DNA of 32,000 bases from Thermodesulfobacteriota bacterium (GCA_026625185.1 CP113000.1:2862651-2894650), one strand, 5' to 3'; positions 14,338 to 24,574 are shown, counted from the stretch's first letter. Numbers and translations: made by a program. Notes: generated by a model not told the origin, from the letters alone.

Positions 14338-14829
14338 TCATTTTTTTAAGCTCTCAATTTCTTTTTTTGCTTCTGCCAATTCTTCGGTTGTCTTTCGTAA
14401 CCGAACAGCAAGGATTTCCGCAAACATTCGGTATAAAATCGTTAAAATTACTGGTTGCTGTTTTTCAAAATCGGTTTTAAATTTGGCAAAATCAATTGCG
14501 AGACAGGTTGTTTCAGCATCCGCAATAATTGATGCGGAACGAGGAGAATCAACAATAACCCGCATCTCCCCAAAGACTTCCCCTACCCTTCTAAAGATGC
14601 CAAAGGTTTGGTTCCCTTTTAATATTTTAACACTACCTGAAATCAAAATATATATCCAGTTATCAACGCTCCCTTCATTAATGATGATTTCACCATGAGT
14701 AAATTTTTTTAGCGTACATACATTAATAAATTCCTCAAGTTGATCTTCCTCGAACCGATTAAACACATTAAGATTTTTAATTTTATCAATCAGTTCAAAA
14801 TTTTGCTTGTCGGTTATCACCATCCTCAC
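14338..14829 (-). CDS. Cyclic-nucleotide-binding domain protein (no DNA-binding domain)
   Basis: 163 aa. cNMP-binding fold signature: FTHGEIIINEGSVDNWIYILISGSVKI...GEVFGEM...PRSASIIADAETTCLAI. Confidence 0.8.
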   Translation of the reverse strand: MRMVITDKQNFELIDKIKNLNVFNRFEEDQLEEFINVCTLKKFTHGEIIINEGSVDNWIYILISGSVKILKGNQTFGIFRRVGEVFGEMRVIVDSPRSASIIADAETTCLAIDFAKFKTDFEKQQPVILTILYRMFAEILAVRLRKTTEELAEAKKEIESLKK

Positions 14830-14850
14830 CTCCTTCCTGACCTTAAAATT

Positions 14851-15921
14851 TTATAGAGTAATATTTAAATTTTCATTTCTTTTAATCGCCTCAAGAAGCC
14901 CAACTGTACCTGCCATCATCGTATCACCTAAAGGGCCACCTTCACAATATTCAAGGGTCACGCCCTGCATTATTTCCCGACGTCGTGGTCCGGTCACCAC
15001 GATTTTTTCAATTTGATTAAATCCTGGACAAGACCGGATATAGGCTCCATGACCTCCTTCGGAAACCACTTGGTGGTGTTTAAGGGTGCCGTTTCCTAAA
15101 CCAACAAGAAGTTCTTCAATGAGTTGAGATGTTAAATAATTAGTGTGATACTCAAAAAAACCCCCTAATATATTGTTAGTGAGACAGGCGCCAAGGGTGT
15201 GAGAATTGCCGATATCCACAACCAAACAATGAGAACATCCCTGAAGGTTGCGGTCTAAAGAAGCTCCGAGTACTGCCGCCATTCCAGTGTCCATCATAAA
15301 AGCCTTTTGGTGAGGTATTTCAGAAAGAAGCGCTCCGGTTGCTTTCATTCGGGTGAAGTAAGGAGGAATTTTTTCAACCAAAAAAAGAAACGCTTCCGGA
15401 AAAGGTTTTTTTTCAATGATCGCTTTCATTATTTGATGCCGGAAGTCAATACTGCTAACTCCACCGGGTGCAACGCCATGGTCCTGCACCGCAGCCGCTA
15501 TATAGCTAAACTCCCACGCTGCTCCAAGCTCGTTTAAAAGAACACGAATACCCGAGGTGGATATATCTCTAAGGATTAGGTGGGTAATATTATCTCCCGG
15601 TAATTTTTCTTTTTCCAAGTCTGAAATTAGGGTGATTCCTTTATCCCGAACTTTTTCCAGGTTATCATTAATTGTTTTTGCCGCTGTTGGGGTCATAAAA
15701 ACATTATGTGTCTTGGCATGCTGAATAACCGCATTGGAGACCGCGCCACCCCCCATAATCGTCCCTGAAAGAAGCAGGTCTCCTCGCGTACCAAGGATAG
15801 TCTCCGCGATTTTTTTAATCGGCGAAACAGAAACTGCTTTGTAATGTTCTTGAGTATCCGGGTAAAAAACGAGAATGTCCGTAGTCCCGGCGCCGATATC
15901 AATGGAAAGAATAGGATGCAT
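14851..15921 (-). CDS. ASKHA (actin-like ATPase) fold protein, DUF1786-like
   Basis: 356 aa with two phosphate-binding-type motifs, SIDIGAGTTDIL near the N-terminus and VVDIGNSHTLGA mid-protein. The family assignment is from memory, not a search. Confidence 0.55.
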   Translation of the reverse strand: MHPILSIDIGAGTTDILVFYPDTQEHYKAVSVSPIKKIAETILGTRGDLLLSGTIMGGGAVSNAVIQHAKTHNVFMTPTAAKTINDNLEKVRDKGITLISDLEKEKLPGDNITHLILRDISTSGIRVLLNELGAAWEFSYIAAAVQDHGVAPGGVSSIDFRHQIMKAIIEKKPFPEAFLFLVEKIPPYFTRMKATGALLSEIPHQKAFMMDTGMAAVLGASLDRNLQGCSHCLVVDIGNSHTLGACLTNNILGGFFEYHTNYLTSQLIEELLVGLGNGTLKHHQVVSEGGHGAYIRSCPGFNQIEKIVVTGPRRREIMQGVTLEYCEGGPLGDTMMAGTVGLLEAIKRNENLNITL

Positions 15922-16239
15922 GTCTTTTATGTTTGGGAGAAAAGGTTATAGGGGTCTGTCAGATTATTTAAAAGATATTCTCTTACATAGCCTATCCTGA
16001 AAGCGTGGTAAAGGCAAATGTTTTGGTTTGTTTTTCCAAGGTTATCAGACCGCTATTGTTTTGCTTATTCCGTTAGAAAGCCCCACATGCTCTGTTAGTC
16101 CTCAAATATTTAACAGAAAATTTAAAATTTTTACGCTTTTGCACCGAGGATACATGCCCCATTTGAAAGCCTTCTAACGTAGCGTACTTTTTCGCTTTAC
16201 CCGCCACGCGCTTTTCATTTTTTAACTATTTTCTTTTTA

Positions 16240-16268
16240 TTGACATTATTTAAATTATTTCTTAGGAT
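16240..16268 (+). promoter_or_regulatory. Putative sigma70-type promoter for the EF-G-like gene
   Basis: TTGACA (16240-16245), a 17-nt spacer, then TAGGAT (16263-16268). AGGAGG RBS at 16296-16301, before the ATG at 16311. Confidence 0.4.
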
Positions 16269-16310
16269 ATCGTTTTCTTTTTAATTTTTGTCTTCAGGAG
16301 GAAAGGAATA

Positions 16311-18398
16311 ATGAACGCGTATGAAACCAAAGATATTCGGAATATTGCGATTATTGCCCACTCAGGTGCGGGAAAGACATCTATGGGGGAGGCATTCCTT
16401 TTTAACGCTAAGGTAACGGATCGTCTCTGTCGCGTTGATGATGGGAATTCAGTCTTGGATTTTGAACCTGAAGAAATCAAACGAAAAACTACGATAATGT
16501 CTTCATTCCATTATTTAAAATGGAAGAAGAAAATCATCAATATTATTGATACGCCCGGGGATACCAATTTTATTACCGAAACTTTTTCTTCATTGAGTAT
16601 CGCCGATAGTGCGGTGCTTTTGATTGATGCGGTTGCTGGGGTAGAAGTACAAACAGATAGAGTCTGGCAGGTTGCCCAAGAAAACAATATTCCCACGATA
16701 CTCTTTATAAATAAAATGGATCGAGAACGAGCCGATTTTTTCTCAGCTATTAAAAGCATTGAGGATAATTTAAAGGCAAAACTCGTTATCATTCAAATAC
16801 CCATTGGTAAGGAAAATAATTTTAAAGGGGTGGTGGATCTTATAACCCAAAAAGCCCTTTTGTTTTCTAAGGAAGGAAGCGGCGAAATTACCAAAGCAGA
16901 CCTACCCGAAGAATTAAAAGATGAAGCCACTTTCTATCGGGAAAAATTAATTGAAGCGGTGGCCGAATCTAATGATACCCTTTTGGAAAAATACCTTGAT
17001 TCAGGAGAACTTTCTGATGAGGAAGTGAGTAATGGGTTGAGAAATGGAATTCTAAAAAATGCTTTCTCTCCGGTTATGTGCGGAGCGGCGCTGCTCAATA
17101 TGGGGATTCAACCGGTATTAGACTTAATTGCCGAGAATTTTCCTTCCCCCCAAGACCGTCCCCCACGAAAAGCAAAAAATGCAAAAACAGGCGCTGAAGA
17201 AGTTTTACAACTGACCTCGCAGGGGCCTTTTTATGGCTTTGTTTTTAAAACTGTGTCTGACCCTTACACCGGCAAATTAACCGTGTTAAAAGTATCCTCT
17301 GGAGTGTTAAATTCTGACTCAACCATTTTTAATATTAACCGCAACGCCAAAGAAAAGATCGGGCAAGTCTTAAAGCTGGAAGGAAAATCTCAAAAACCGA
17401 TTAATCCCGCAGTGGCCGGTGATATTGTCGCGCTCTCTAAATTAAAGGAGACGACAACCAATGACACGCTGACCGAAGGAAAAAGCGACATCGTTTTTGA
17501 GGCACTAAAATATCCCACCCCTGCAATTTTCTATGCCATTAATCCAAAATCACGCGGTGACGAAGATAAATTAAGCGGAGCACTGGCTCGTCTCCAGGAA
17601 GAGGATCCAACTGTTCAGTTTAGTCGCGATGAACAAACCAAGGAATTTCTCATTTCCGGAATGGGACAAATACATCTGGAAGTTATGGTTGAAAAACTCA
17701 AACGAAAATTTGGCGTAGAAGTAGAGCTTAAGACTCCAAAGGTTCCTTATAAAGAAACCATTAAGGGTAAAGCCCGTGTGCAAGGCAAATACAAACGTCA
17801 ATCCGGCGGCCGGGGCCAGTATGGTGACTGCTGGCTTGAGATTGAACCGCAGCCGCGCGGTAAAGGATTTGAATTTGTAGACAAGATTGTCGGCGGCGCC
17901 ATTCCCAGAAACTATATTCCTTCAATTGAAAAAGGAATCGTAGAGACCATGGCTCAGGGCGTTATTGCCGGTTATCCCTTTGTCGATGTTAAAGTCACCG
18001 TGGTTGACGGTTCCTTTCATGAAGTAGATTCCTCGGATATGGCCTTTAAAATTGCTGCCTCAATGGGTTTTAAAAAAGGTGTGGTTGATTCTAACCCTAT
18101 CCTGCTTGAGCCAATCATGGAAATGGTTATTACTGTCCCGGAGGAATGTCAGGGAGATATTATTGGCGATCTCAACAGCCGTCGGGGACGGGTGTTAGGC
18201 ATGGACCCTAAAAACAAAAATCAAGTTATTCGCGCGCAGGTTCCAATGGCGGAGATACTCGATTATGACCATACCCTCAAATCCATAACCCGCGGACGGG
18301 GATCATTTACCATGATCCTTGACCACTACGAAGAACTCCCTTCATACTTGTCGGATAAAATTATTGCCGCTGCAAAAAAAGAAAAGGAAGAAGACTAA
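16311..18398 (+). CDS. Elongation factor G paralogue (EF-G-like GTPase) with divergent G1/G3 motifs
   Basis: 695 aa with full five-domain EF-G architecture. G1 AHSGAGKTS, G3 DTPGDTNF (Asp where the catalytic His is expected), G4 NKMD; domain IV/V motifs are conserved (GGRGQYG, SFHEVDSS). Confidence 0.85.
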   Translation: MNAYETKDIRNIAIIAHSGAGKTSMGEAFLFNAKVTDRLCRVDDGNSVLDFEPEEIKRKTTIMSSFHYLKWKKKIINIIDTPGDTNFITETFSSLSIADSAVLLIDAVAGVEVQTDRVWQVAQENNIPTILFINKMDRERADFFSAIKSIEDNLKAKLVIIQIPIGKENNFKGVVDLITQKALLFSKEGSGEITKADLPEELKDEATFYREKLIEAVAESNDTLLEKYLDSGELSDEEVSNGLRNGILKNAFSPVMCGAALLNMGIQPVLDLIAENFPSPQDRPPRKAKNAKTGAEEVLQLTSQGPFYGFVFKTVSDPYTGKLTVLKVSSGVLNSDSTIFNINRNAKEKIGQVLKLEGKSQKPINPAVAGDIVALSKLKETTTNDTLTEGKSDIVFEALKYPTPAIFYAINPKSRGDEDKLSGALARLQEEDPTVQFSRDEQTKEFLISGMGQIHLEVMVEKLKRKFGVEVELKTPKVPYKETIKGKARVQGKYKRQSGGRGQYGDCWLEIEPQPRGKGFEFVDKIVGGAIPRNYIPSIEKGIVETMAQGVIAGYPFVDVKVTVVDGSFHEVDSSDMAFKIAASMGFKKGVVDSNPILLEPIMEMVITVPEECQGDIIGDLNSRRGRVLGMDPKNKNQVIRAQVPMAEILDYDHTLKSITRGRGSFTMILDHYEELPSYLSDKIIAAAKKEKEED

Positions 18399-18478
18399 CT
18401 TCGGATTCAAGATAATCACGGTGAGTTTTACGGTCCGTATCTTCGACCGCATATCTATTCGTGTTATCTAACGTAATT

Positions 18479-18973
18479 ATGATTAAAGTCGGAATTATTA
18501 CCATCAGTGACAAAGGGAGCAGAGGAGAACGGGAAGACCTAAGTGTTGAGGAAATAAAAAAAGTAATAAACCATCTCCCTGACGCAGCCATAACCGCGTA
18601 TACAATCATCCCTGATGAGGAAAAAATTATTATCGAAACTTTAATTGCGTATGCTGACAAAGAAAATTTAGATCTTGTTATCACCTCAGGAGGAACCGGT
18701 TTAAGTCCGCGTGATGTTACTCCAGAAGCAACGAAAAAGGTCATTGATCGGGAAGTGATCGGGATGGCTGAGGCAATGCGATTCGATTCACTCAAAATAA
18801 CTCCTTTTGCCATGCTTTCCCGAAGTATTGTCGGAACCCGAGGTCATTGTCTCATTATTAACCTTCCGGGAAGTCCCAAAGGAGTCCGCGAAAATCTTTC
18901 CACCTTGTTACCCGTAATCCCCCACGCACTCGCCAAGCTCAAAGGCGACCCCAGCGAGTGCGGAAGCTTTTAG
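18479..18973 (+). CDS. mogA: Molybdopterin adenylyltransferase MogA/MoaB family
   Basis: MIKVGIITISDKGSRGERED...TSGGTGLSPRDVTPEAT...MLSRSIVGTRGHCLIINLPGSPKG. ATG at 18479 is preferred over the GTG at 18461. Confidence 0.85.
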   Translation: MIKVGIITISDKGSRGEREDLSVEEIKKVINHLPDAAITAYTIIPDEEKIIIETLIAYADKENLDLVITSGGTGLSPRDVTPEATKKVIDREVIGMAEAMRFDSLKITPFAMLSRSIVGTRGHCLIINLPGSPKGVRENLSTLLPVIPHALAKLKGDPSECGSF

Positions 18974-19449
18974 TCTTTTTTCTTCAACACCTTCCCAATT
19001 ATTTCTTCCATCTTTTCTAAATGGGTGCCCTTCCAATAAACCTTTCTACACTGGGGACACAAAGAAAACTTTTTCTGGATTCCGAGAATATAGGGAGGAA
19101 CTTTTCCTTTTACGTCGTCGTGATTACCGGCGATCAGTTTTTGGTTGCACTTGAGGCAGCGCGTAAAAAGCTGGCCAGGAGTGATTTGAATTTTAAAATA
19201 CTTAAGCACCTCACTAAGCTGTTTATCTGGTTGGTCATCAGATATGAAAAAAAAATTAGGACGATTGTCAAGGTTTTTAAGCTTAGTATTGCGGCTGAGA
19301 ATGATCCTTTTTTCTTGAGATGCCTTTTCAATTAACGTGTATACGTCAGTTTGAGTAAAATAAACGGTATCAATACCCAGCATACGTAAATACTTGGCCA
19401 ATTTTCCGAGCGTGTGATCAACAAAAAACTTTAAAGTATGTTCTTCCAT
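18970..19449 (-). CDS. Mut7-C RNase-domain (DUF82) protein
   Basis: FFVDHTLGKLAKYLRMLGIDTVY at the N-terminus, and a C-terminal zinc ribbon C..CN...C..C.KVYWKGTH. Confidence 0.75.
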   Translation of the reverse strand: MEEHTLKFFVDHTLGKLAKYLRMLGIDTVYFTQTDVYTLIEKASQEKRIILSRNTKLKNLDNRPNFFFISDDQPDKQLSEVLKYFKIQITPGQLFTRCLKCNQKLIAGNHDDVKGKVPPYILGIQKKFSLCPQCRKVYWKGTHLEKMEEIIGKVLKKKD

Positions 19450-19582
19450 TAAAGCGAATGTTTGCTCCGGTTCGGGGAACTGGTTATTATTTAAAAAATT
19501 GAAAAATCTTTGGGCGCAGATAAAATGAGGAAAACCGATTCCATGGACAAGGTTATTCCCCTAATGTTATCGGGTGGACAGG

Positions 19583-20854
19583 TCACACATCTTCCTTATC
19601 ATTTAAATTAAATATTTTTTTTATTTCTTCGATGGGAAACCGGTTTTTTTCACCTTTGGTTTTTAAGAAATTTATCGGATCGTGAAGAACTTTGTTGACA
19701 ATTGCGTGGGTAAGGGCATTAATTTTCTCCTTGTCTTCTTCTCTTAACCCTTCCCAGTGGGAGAAGGTCTTTTCAATTTCTTTAAGGCGGATACTCTCTA
19801 TTTTTTCTTTTAATGTTATTATGGTCGGAGTTACTTCTTGCTGTTGAAGCCAGAAATAAAACCGCAGCTGTTCCTCTTCGACAATCCCTTCCGCTTGTTT
19901 GGCTTCTTTTTCTCTTACCCGGCGGTTTTTTTCAACAATCCCATCAAGGTCATCGATATTATAGAGATAAACATTGGGAAGATCATTGATGCGAGGATCA
20001 ATATTTCGGGGCACCGCAATATCAATCAAAAATATTGGTTTGTTTTTTCTCACTCGAAGCGCTTTTGCTATTTTCTCATACGTAATGATGAGATCGGGTG
20101 CGTCAGTAGAACTGATGATAATATCCATCTGGGCAAGATTATCAAAAAGCTCGTCAAACTTTAAAACTTTTCCACTAAATTCATTGGCCAGCAGTAAAGC
20201 ATGTTCTAAGGTTCGATTTGTGATAAAGAGTTCCTTAACCATACGGGAGACGAGATGTCGGGTAAGTAATTCAGCCATTTCTCCCGCACCGATCAAAAGA
20301 ATCTTTTTGTCATCTAAATTATCAAAAATTTTGCGTGCCAATTCCACTGCCGCAAAACTAATCGATACCGCGCTTGAGGCGATACCCGTTTCAGTGCGCA
20401 CCCGTTTAGCCACCGAAAAAGCTTTATAAAGGAATCGGTTGAGAATTGAACCGGTTGTTTTGTTTTCCACGGCGGAACGATATGCATCTTTTAACTGACC
20501 GAGTATTTGTGGCTCGCCTACGATCATTGAATCCAGGCTTGAGGCTACTCTAAATACATGCCGGATAGCATCTTGGCCGGTATAAAAATAAAGGTGAGGA
20601 GTGATTTCTTCCAACGTTAGTTTATGAAAATCAGCTAAAAATATTTTAATTTCCCGAATAACTTTTTCGCTATCAACGGCAGTACAAATAATTTCCACCC
20701 GATTACACGTAGAAAGGATGATGGCTTCATAGAGGGACGGTAAATTTACTATTTCCTGCAGAGGAGTATTGAGATTATGAGAAAAAAAAGAAAGCTTTTC
20801 TCTTATATCAATCGATGCCGTCTTATGGCTTAACCCACCTACGATAATATTCAT
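19583..20854 (-). CDS. hemA: Glutamyl-tRNA reductase
   Basis: 423 aa. Motifs: GLSHKTASIDIREKLSF, LSTCNRVEI, GEPQILGQLK, and the NADPH-binding GAGEMAEL. Confidence 0.95.
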   Translation of the reverse strand: MNIIVGGLSHKTASIDIREKLSFFSHNLNTPLQEIVNLPSLYEAIILSTCNRVEIICTAVDSEKVIREIKIFLADFHKLTLEEITPHLYFYTGQDAIRHVFRVASSLDSMIVGEPQILGQLKDAYRSAVENKTTGSILNRFLYKAFSVAKRVRTETGIASSAVSISFAAVELARKIFDNLDDKKILLIGAGEMAELLTRHLVSRMVKELFITNRTLEHALLLANEFSGKVLKFDELFDNLAQMDIIISSTDAPDLIITYEKIAKALRVRKNKPIFLIDIAVPRNIDPRINDLPNVYLYNIDDLDGIVEKNRRVREKEAKQAEGIVEEEQLRFYFWLQQQEVTPTIITLKEKIESIRLKEIEKTFSHWEGLREEDKEKINALTHAIVNKVLHDPINFLKTKGEKNRFPIEEIKKIFNLNDKEDV

Positions 20855-20874
20855 TGTAAGAAATTGATGAGATG

Positions 20875-21741
20875 TTAAGGGGAGGTAAAACTGTCGTAGC
20901 TATGAAGCCCTGGCAATAGAAGGTTTACTCCCAAAAAGGTAAATAACACCACCGCAAACCCTATGATTAAAAAGAAAGCTGCCCTCCGGCCTCGCCAACC
21001 AATAGTTAATCGTCCATGAAGCAATGCAGCATAAATCAGCCAGGCTACCAAAGACCAGGTTTCTTTAGGATCCCAACTCCAATAAGATCCCCACGCAAAC
21101 TCTGCCCATATCGAACCGGTAATTATTCCAAGGGTGAGAAAAAGAAATCCAAAGCTAAGACAGAGATAATTAAGATCATCAAGTGTCTGGAGAGAGGGAA
21201 GTCTATGTAAAAACTGGCTCCATTTTTTGTTTTTAATTTGATTTTCCTGGATTAAATACATGATTCCCCCACAAAAGGCGAATCCAAAAAAAGCTTCTCC
21301 CAAAAAGGCCAGCGTCGTGTGAATAGGCAGCCAAATGCTTCGAAGCGGCGGTGGAATCTGGACCGGATTTTGAGTAAAAAGAGTAGCTGAAGAGATAAAA
21401 AAAACTGTGGCCAATGGCGTTACAAATGACCCCAAGACCGGAATTTTATGCTTGATATTAAAAATAATGAAAACTCCTATGATACACCAGGCAAAGAAAA
21501 AAAGGGATTGATGGAGATCAGTCACCGGAAAGCAGGCATTGGTAAAATATCGGAAGAGAAAAATTATACTGTGAAAAACAAATCCAATAACCGTTATATA
21601 AAACGATAGAAAAGAAATTAATGGTCGTGGTTTGATGAGATAAATAAGAAAATTAATGGTACCAATACAATAAATAACAAGGGTAAGATAAAAAATGTAA
21701 AGCTCAATCTGTTTAAAGTATAACGGAACCGTTATTTGCAT
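20875..21741 (-). CDS. ccsA: Cytochrome c assembly protein, CcsA/ResC (system II) family
   Basis: Polytopic membrane protein with the WWD-type motif WGSYWSWDPKETWSLVAWLIYAALLH. It lies immediately upstream of hemA. Confidence 0.75.
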   Translation of the reverse strand: MQITVPLYFKQIELYIFYLTLVIYCIGTINFLIYLIKPRPLISFLSFYITVIGFVFHSIIFLFRYFTNACFPVTDLHQSLFFFAWCIIGVFIIFNIKHKIPVLGSFVTPLATVFFISSATLFTQNPVQIPPPLRSIWLPIHTTLAFLGEAFFGFAFCGGIMYLIQENQIKNKKWSQFLHRLPSLQTLDDLNYLCLSFGFLFLTLGIITGSIWAEFAWGSYWSWDPKETWSLVAWLIYAALLHGRLTIGWRGRRAAFFLIIGFAVVLFTFLGVNLLLPGLHSYDSFTSP

Positions 21742-21953
21742 GTGCTACAACTCTTTCCTGCGCAGCTGGAACAACCGGATGTACCTGATGCGGGAGTAAA
21801 ACCACCACCACTGCTTTTAAAACTAACCGCTGACATCAGCTTTTCAATTTTATTACTTTGACATTTCTTGCACACCACCTCGGGGTCAATTCCAAAAACA
21901 AGTTCTTCAAACTCATTTCCACAATCATTACATCGAAATTCATAAATGGGCAT
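21732..21953 (-). CDS. FmdB-family zinc-ribbon protein
   Basis: MPIYEFRCNDCGNEFEELV...CKKCQS, with a Cys/Ser/Gly-rich tail. Confidence 0.75.
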   Translation of the reverse strand: MPIYEFRCNDCGNEFEELVFGIDPEVVCKKCQSNKIEKLMSAVSFKSSGGGFTPASGTSGCSSCAGKSCSTCK

Positions 21954-22036
21954 CTTCACTACCCTTTCATAATTAAAAATTAATTTTTATTAATTAATAT
22001 AAACTCTTACTAATGCAAATGCAATATAAAATCTTT

Positions 22037-23212
22037 TTAAGGTTTTATTATCTTGCTAATGGTAAGGAGAATTTGTTTTAACGGAATATTTTTTGCTCGT
22101 GCGATTCTTTTACAATCCTCAAATTCGGGAGAGGTTACAATCCTTCCATCAGGTTCCTTAATGATTTTAATCCGAATTTTTCCCCAAGGAGTCTCAACCG
22201 CATTCGTTTTCCGCAATAGAGTATAACGGTCAACAGTATTGACTCGCACCCCTAACGTAGTTGTCTCGTTGAATATAGTTTCTACCAATTCGGTTTTATT
22301 ATTTTCTTTGGCAATAACCTTAAGGAGTATTCCCGGTCTATTTTTCTTCATCTGAACCGAAATCAAAGAAACGTCTAAAGCGCCTTTTTCAAAAAGCACC
22401 TCCATGAGATATTCATAAATCTCGGGGTTCATATTATCAATGTTGGTCTCAATAACAACTACTTGTTCCCAAGAAAATTTTTTTTCTTCTCGTCCTAATA
22501 TTACCCGAAGCAAGTTTGGCACTTCAGTGTCTTTTCGCTTCCCTGCCCCATATCCAACTTTTTCTATGGTAATAGGTGGCAAAGGACCAAAGGATTGGGC
22601 GAGGGTTGCAATTATGGCGGCGCCAGTGGGAGTAACCGTTTCAACCGGTTTGCCGATTCCATATACCGGGATAGTTTTTAATATCTCAAGGGTTGCCGGA
22701 GCTGGTAACGGAAGTGTACCATGTCCACACTGTATAAAACCATTTCCCAAGGGTAAAGGAGAAGATACAATTTCTTTAATGTTGAAGTAGTGAATGCCAA
22801 GAACTGCCCCAACAATATCAATTATCGAATCAACAGCCCCGATTTCATGAAAATGAACTTGGTCGATTCTTTTTCGGTGAATAAAAGCCTCAGCTTTCGC
22901 CAAACATGAAAAAATTTCGATGCTTTTTTGTTTTACGTCTTTGTTTATTTTGCTTCCCTCAATCATTGTGCGGATTTCTTTAAAAGTTTTTTCATCCTTT
23001 CCCGGTTGCTTCACGTTTATTAGCAAACGGATCCCTTTTAAATTCATTCGCTTTTCAGGCTGGGCCCGAAGAGTATGTTTCGGGATTTTAAGGAAGGCTA
23101 AAGACGCGGTGAGCTCTGATAGGGGAAACCCAAGATCAAGGAAAGCTCCTAAAATCATGTCCCCACTTATCCCAGAAAAACAATCAAAATAAGCGATCAT
23201 ACTCTTTATCAA
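22037..23212 (-). CDS. larC: Nickel-insertion protein LarC (DUF111/UPF0272)
   Basis: MIAYFDCFSGISGDMILGAFLDLG, HFHEIGAVDSIIDIVG, TPTGAAI, VGYGAG. The start may be the ATG at 23200. Confidence 0.85.
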   Translation of the reverse strand: MIKSMIAYFDCFSGISGDMILGAFLDLGFPLSELTASLAFLKIPKHTLRAQPEKRMNLKGIRLLINVKQPGKDEKTFKEIRTMIEGSKINKDVKQKSIEIFSCLAKAEAFIHRKRIDQVHFHEIGAVDSIIDIVGAVLGIHYFNIKEIVSSPLPLGNGFIQCGHGTLPLPAPATLEILKTIPVYGIGKPVETVTPTGAAIIATLAQSFGPLPPITIEKVGYGAGKRKDTEVPNLLRVILGREEKKFSWEQVVVIETNIDNMNPEIYEYLMEVLFEKGALDVSLISVQMKKNRPGILLKVIAKENNKTELVETIFNETTTLGVRVNTVDRYTLLRKTNAVETPWGKIRIKIIKEPDGRIVTSPEFEDCKRIARAKNIPLKQILLTISKIIKP

Positions 23213-23504
23213 CCTTACGATAATTTACAGGTTACTGAAAAAATATTTGACAAATTTTTTTGATATAATTATTATTATAAAATAAACTATGTTTGACAAT
23301 CTTTTTCCCTGGTAGAAATGTCCCGCTAGCCAGTTTCAATATCAAATATCGAACCGGGTTAAAAAACATAAGGTAGAGCTAAAAATTCTTAGACTTTTGC
23401 ACGCGGGTAAATCCCATGAGAAAAATTTTTAACGTGTTGAATGCCCTGTGTGAAATCTTTCTAACGAGGTTTACTGAACATAAATATTTTTTAGGGATAT
23501 TGAG

Positions 23505-23972
23505 ATGTTGCTTGAACAATTTTTAAATTTCTTTGATTCTGACCTTTTTATCGAAGATTTTACTTCTCATACAAAAAAAGATATCATTAAGGAAATAGCG
23601 AACCTCTTAGAAACCACAAAAAAAATTTTTAAAGCCGAAATAATCATTGACCTCCTGGAAAAACGGGAGCAATTAGGCACCACCGCTATTGGTAAGGGCA
23701 TCGCAATTCCTCATTGCCGTTCAATGGCTGCTAAAGAGCTTACAGTGATCGTGGGATTAAAACCAGAAGGTGTTGATTTTGATGCTCCTGATCACCATCC
23801 AATAAAAATAGTCTTTGTGATCATTGCCCCCCCTCAAGATGTTAATTACCTCCCTTTTTTAGGAAAACTGGTTGAACTTTTAAGAGATGAAACCACTAGG
23901 AAAAGGCTTCTTCGAGTAAAAAGTTTTAAAGGATTTAAAAAGGTAATCACTGAATTTTTAACTAATGAATGA
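23505..23972 (+). CDS. ptsN: PTS EIIA(Ntr)-type regulatory protein
   Basis: 155 aa; LGTTAIGKGIAIPHCR contains the phosphorylatable His. Confidence 0.8.
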   Translation: MLLEQFLNFFDSDLFIEDFTSHTKKDIIKEIANLLETTKKIFKAEIIIDLLEKREQLGTTAIGKGIAIPHCRSMAAKELTVIVGLKPEGVDFDAPDHHPIKIVFVIIAPPQDVNYLPFLGKLVELLRDETTRKRLLRVKSFKGFKKVITEFLTNE

Positions 23973-24312
23973 TATTTTACAAAATTTAGTTATTTTACAG
24001 GATTTAGATGAAATGATCTCGGAATTAAACAATGACGAGATTATTACCCAACAAGAAGAAATGGGTTTTGAAATCAATGGGTTAGAAAAATTAATCGAAG
24101 CCCGCGAAGAATTAATAAAAAGAATTCCTCTTGAGATTTTTAATCACTATAATCGGGTACGATCACGTTATGGTAGAGCCATTGCTCCGGTAAGGGAGAA
24201 CATTTGTTTAGGCTGTTTTATAAAAATTCCTACCCAGATATCCAGTAGGGAGATGGGCAATCAGGTATTGCGAAATTGCGAAAATTGTGGTCGGTATCTT
24301 TACTGGGTTTGA
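23965..24312 (+). CDS. C4-type zinc-ribbon/coiled-coil protein (COG1579-like, short)
   Basis: C-terminal CLGCFIKIPTQ...CENCGRYLYW. Confidence 0.6.
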   Translation: MNDILQNLVILQDLDEMISELNNDEIITQQEEMGFEINGLEKLIEAREELIKRIPLEIFNHYNRVRSRYGRAIAPVRENICLGCFIKIPTQISSREMGNQVLRNCENCGRYLYWV

Positions 24313-24374
24313 ATGCCATATATCTTTACTTGCCTATCGCATATCTCACCTAGAGCATATTCCTGATTAAAGAA

Positions 24375-24551
24375 TCATTTTTTCTTTTTCCATTTTTCTT
24401 CGCTCAAGTCAGAAAGTTTCCTCCGGATAACTTTACCTTTGTGATGATTGAAATCAGTTAAGATATAGATGGTTTTAGAAAAAATCTTATAAACCACACC
24501 TTCTTTTTCTTTTCCTCCAAAGTAAAATTTTATTTTATCACCGAGTTCCAT
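24375..24551 (-). CDS. Small Lys-rich hypothetical protein (58 aa)
   Basis: AGGAGG lies 7 nt before the ATG at 24551 (MELGDKIKFYFGG...). This start also removes the overlap with the upstream gene. Confidence 0.5.
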   Translation of the reverse strand: MELGDKIKFYFGGKEKEGVVYKIFSKTIYILTDFNHHKGKVIRRKLSDLSEEKWKKKK

Positions 24552-24574
24552 AATGAGACCTCCTTTCTTAGCAC

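Noticed and set aside
18361-18813. 150-aa minus-strand ORF
   Set aside because: It is antisense to the well-supported mogA gene and to the end of the EF-G-like gene.
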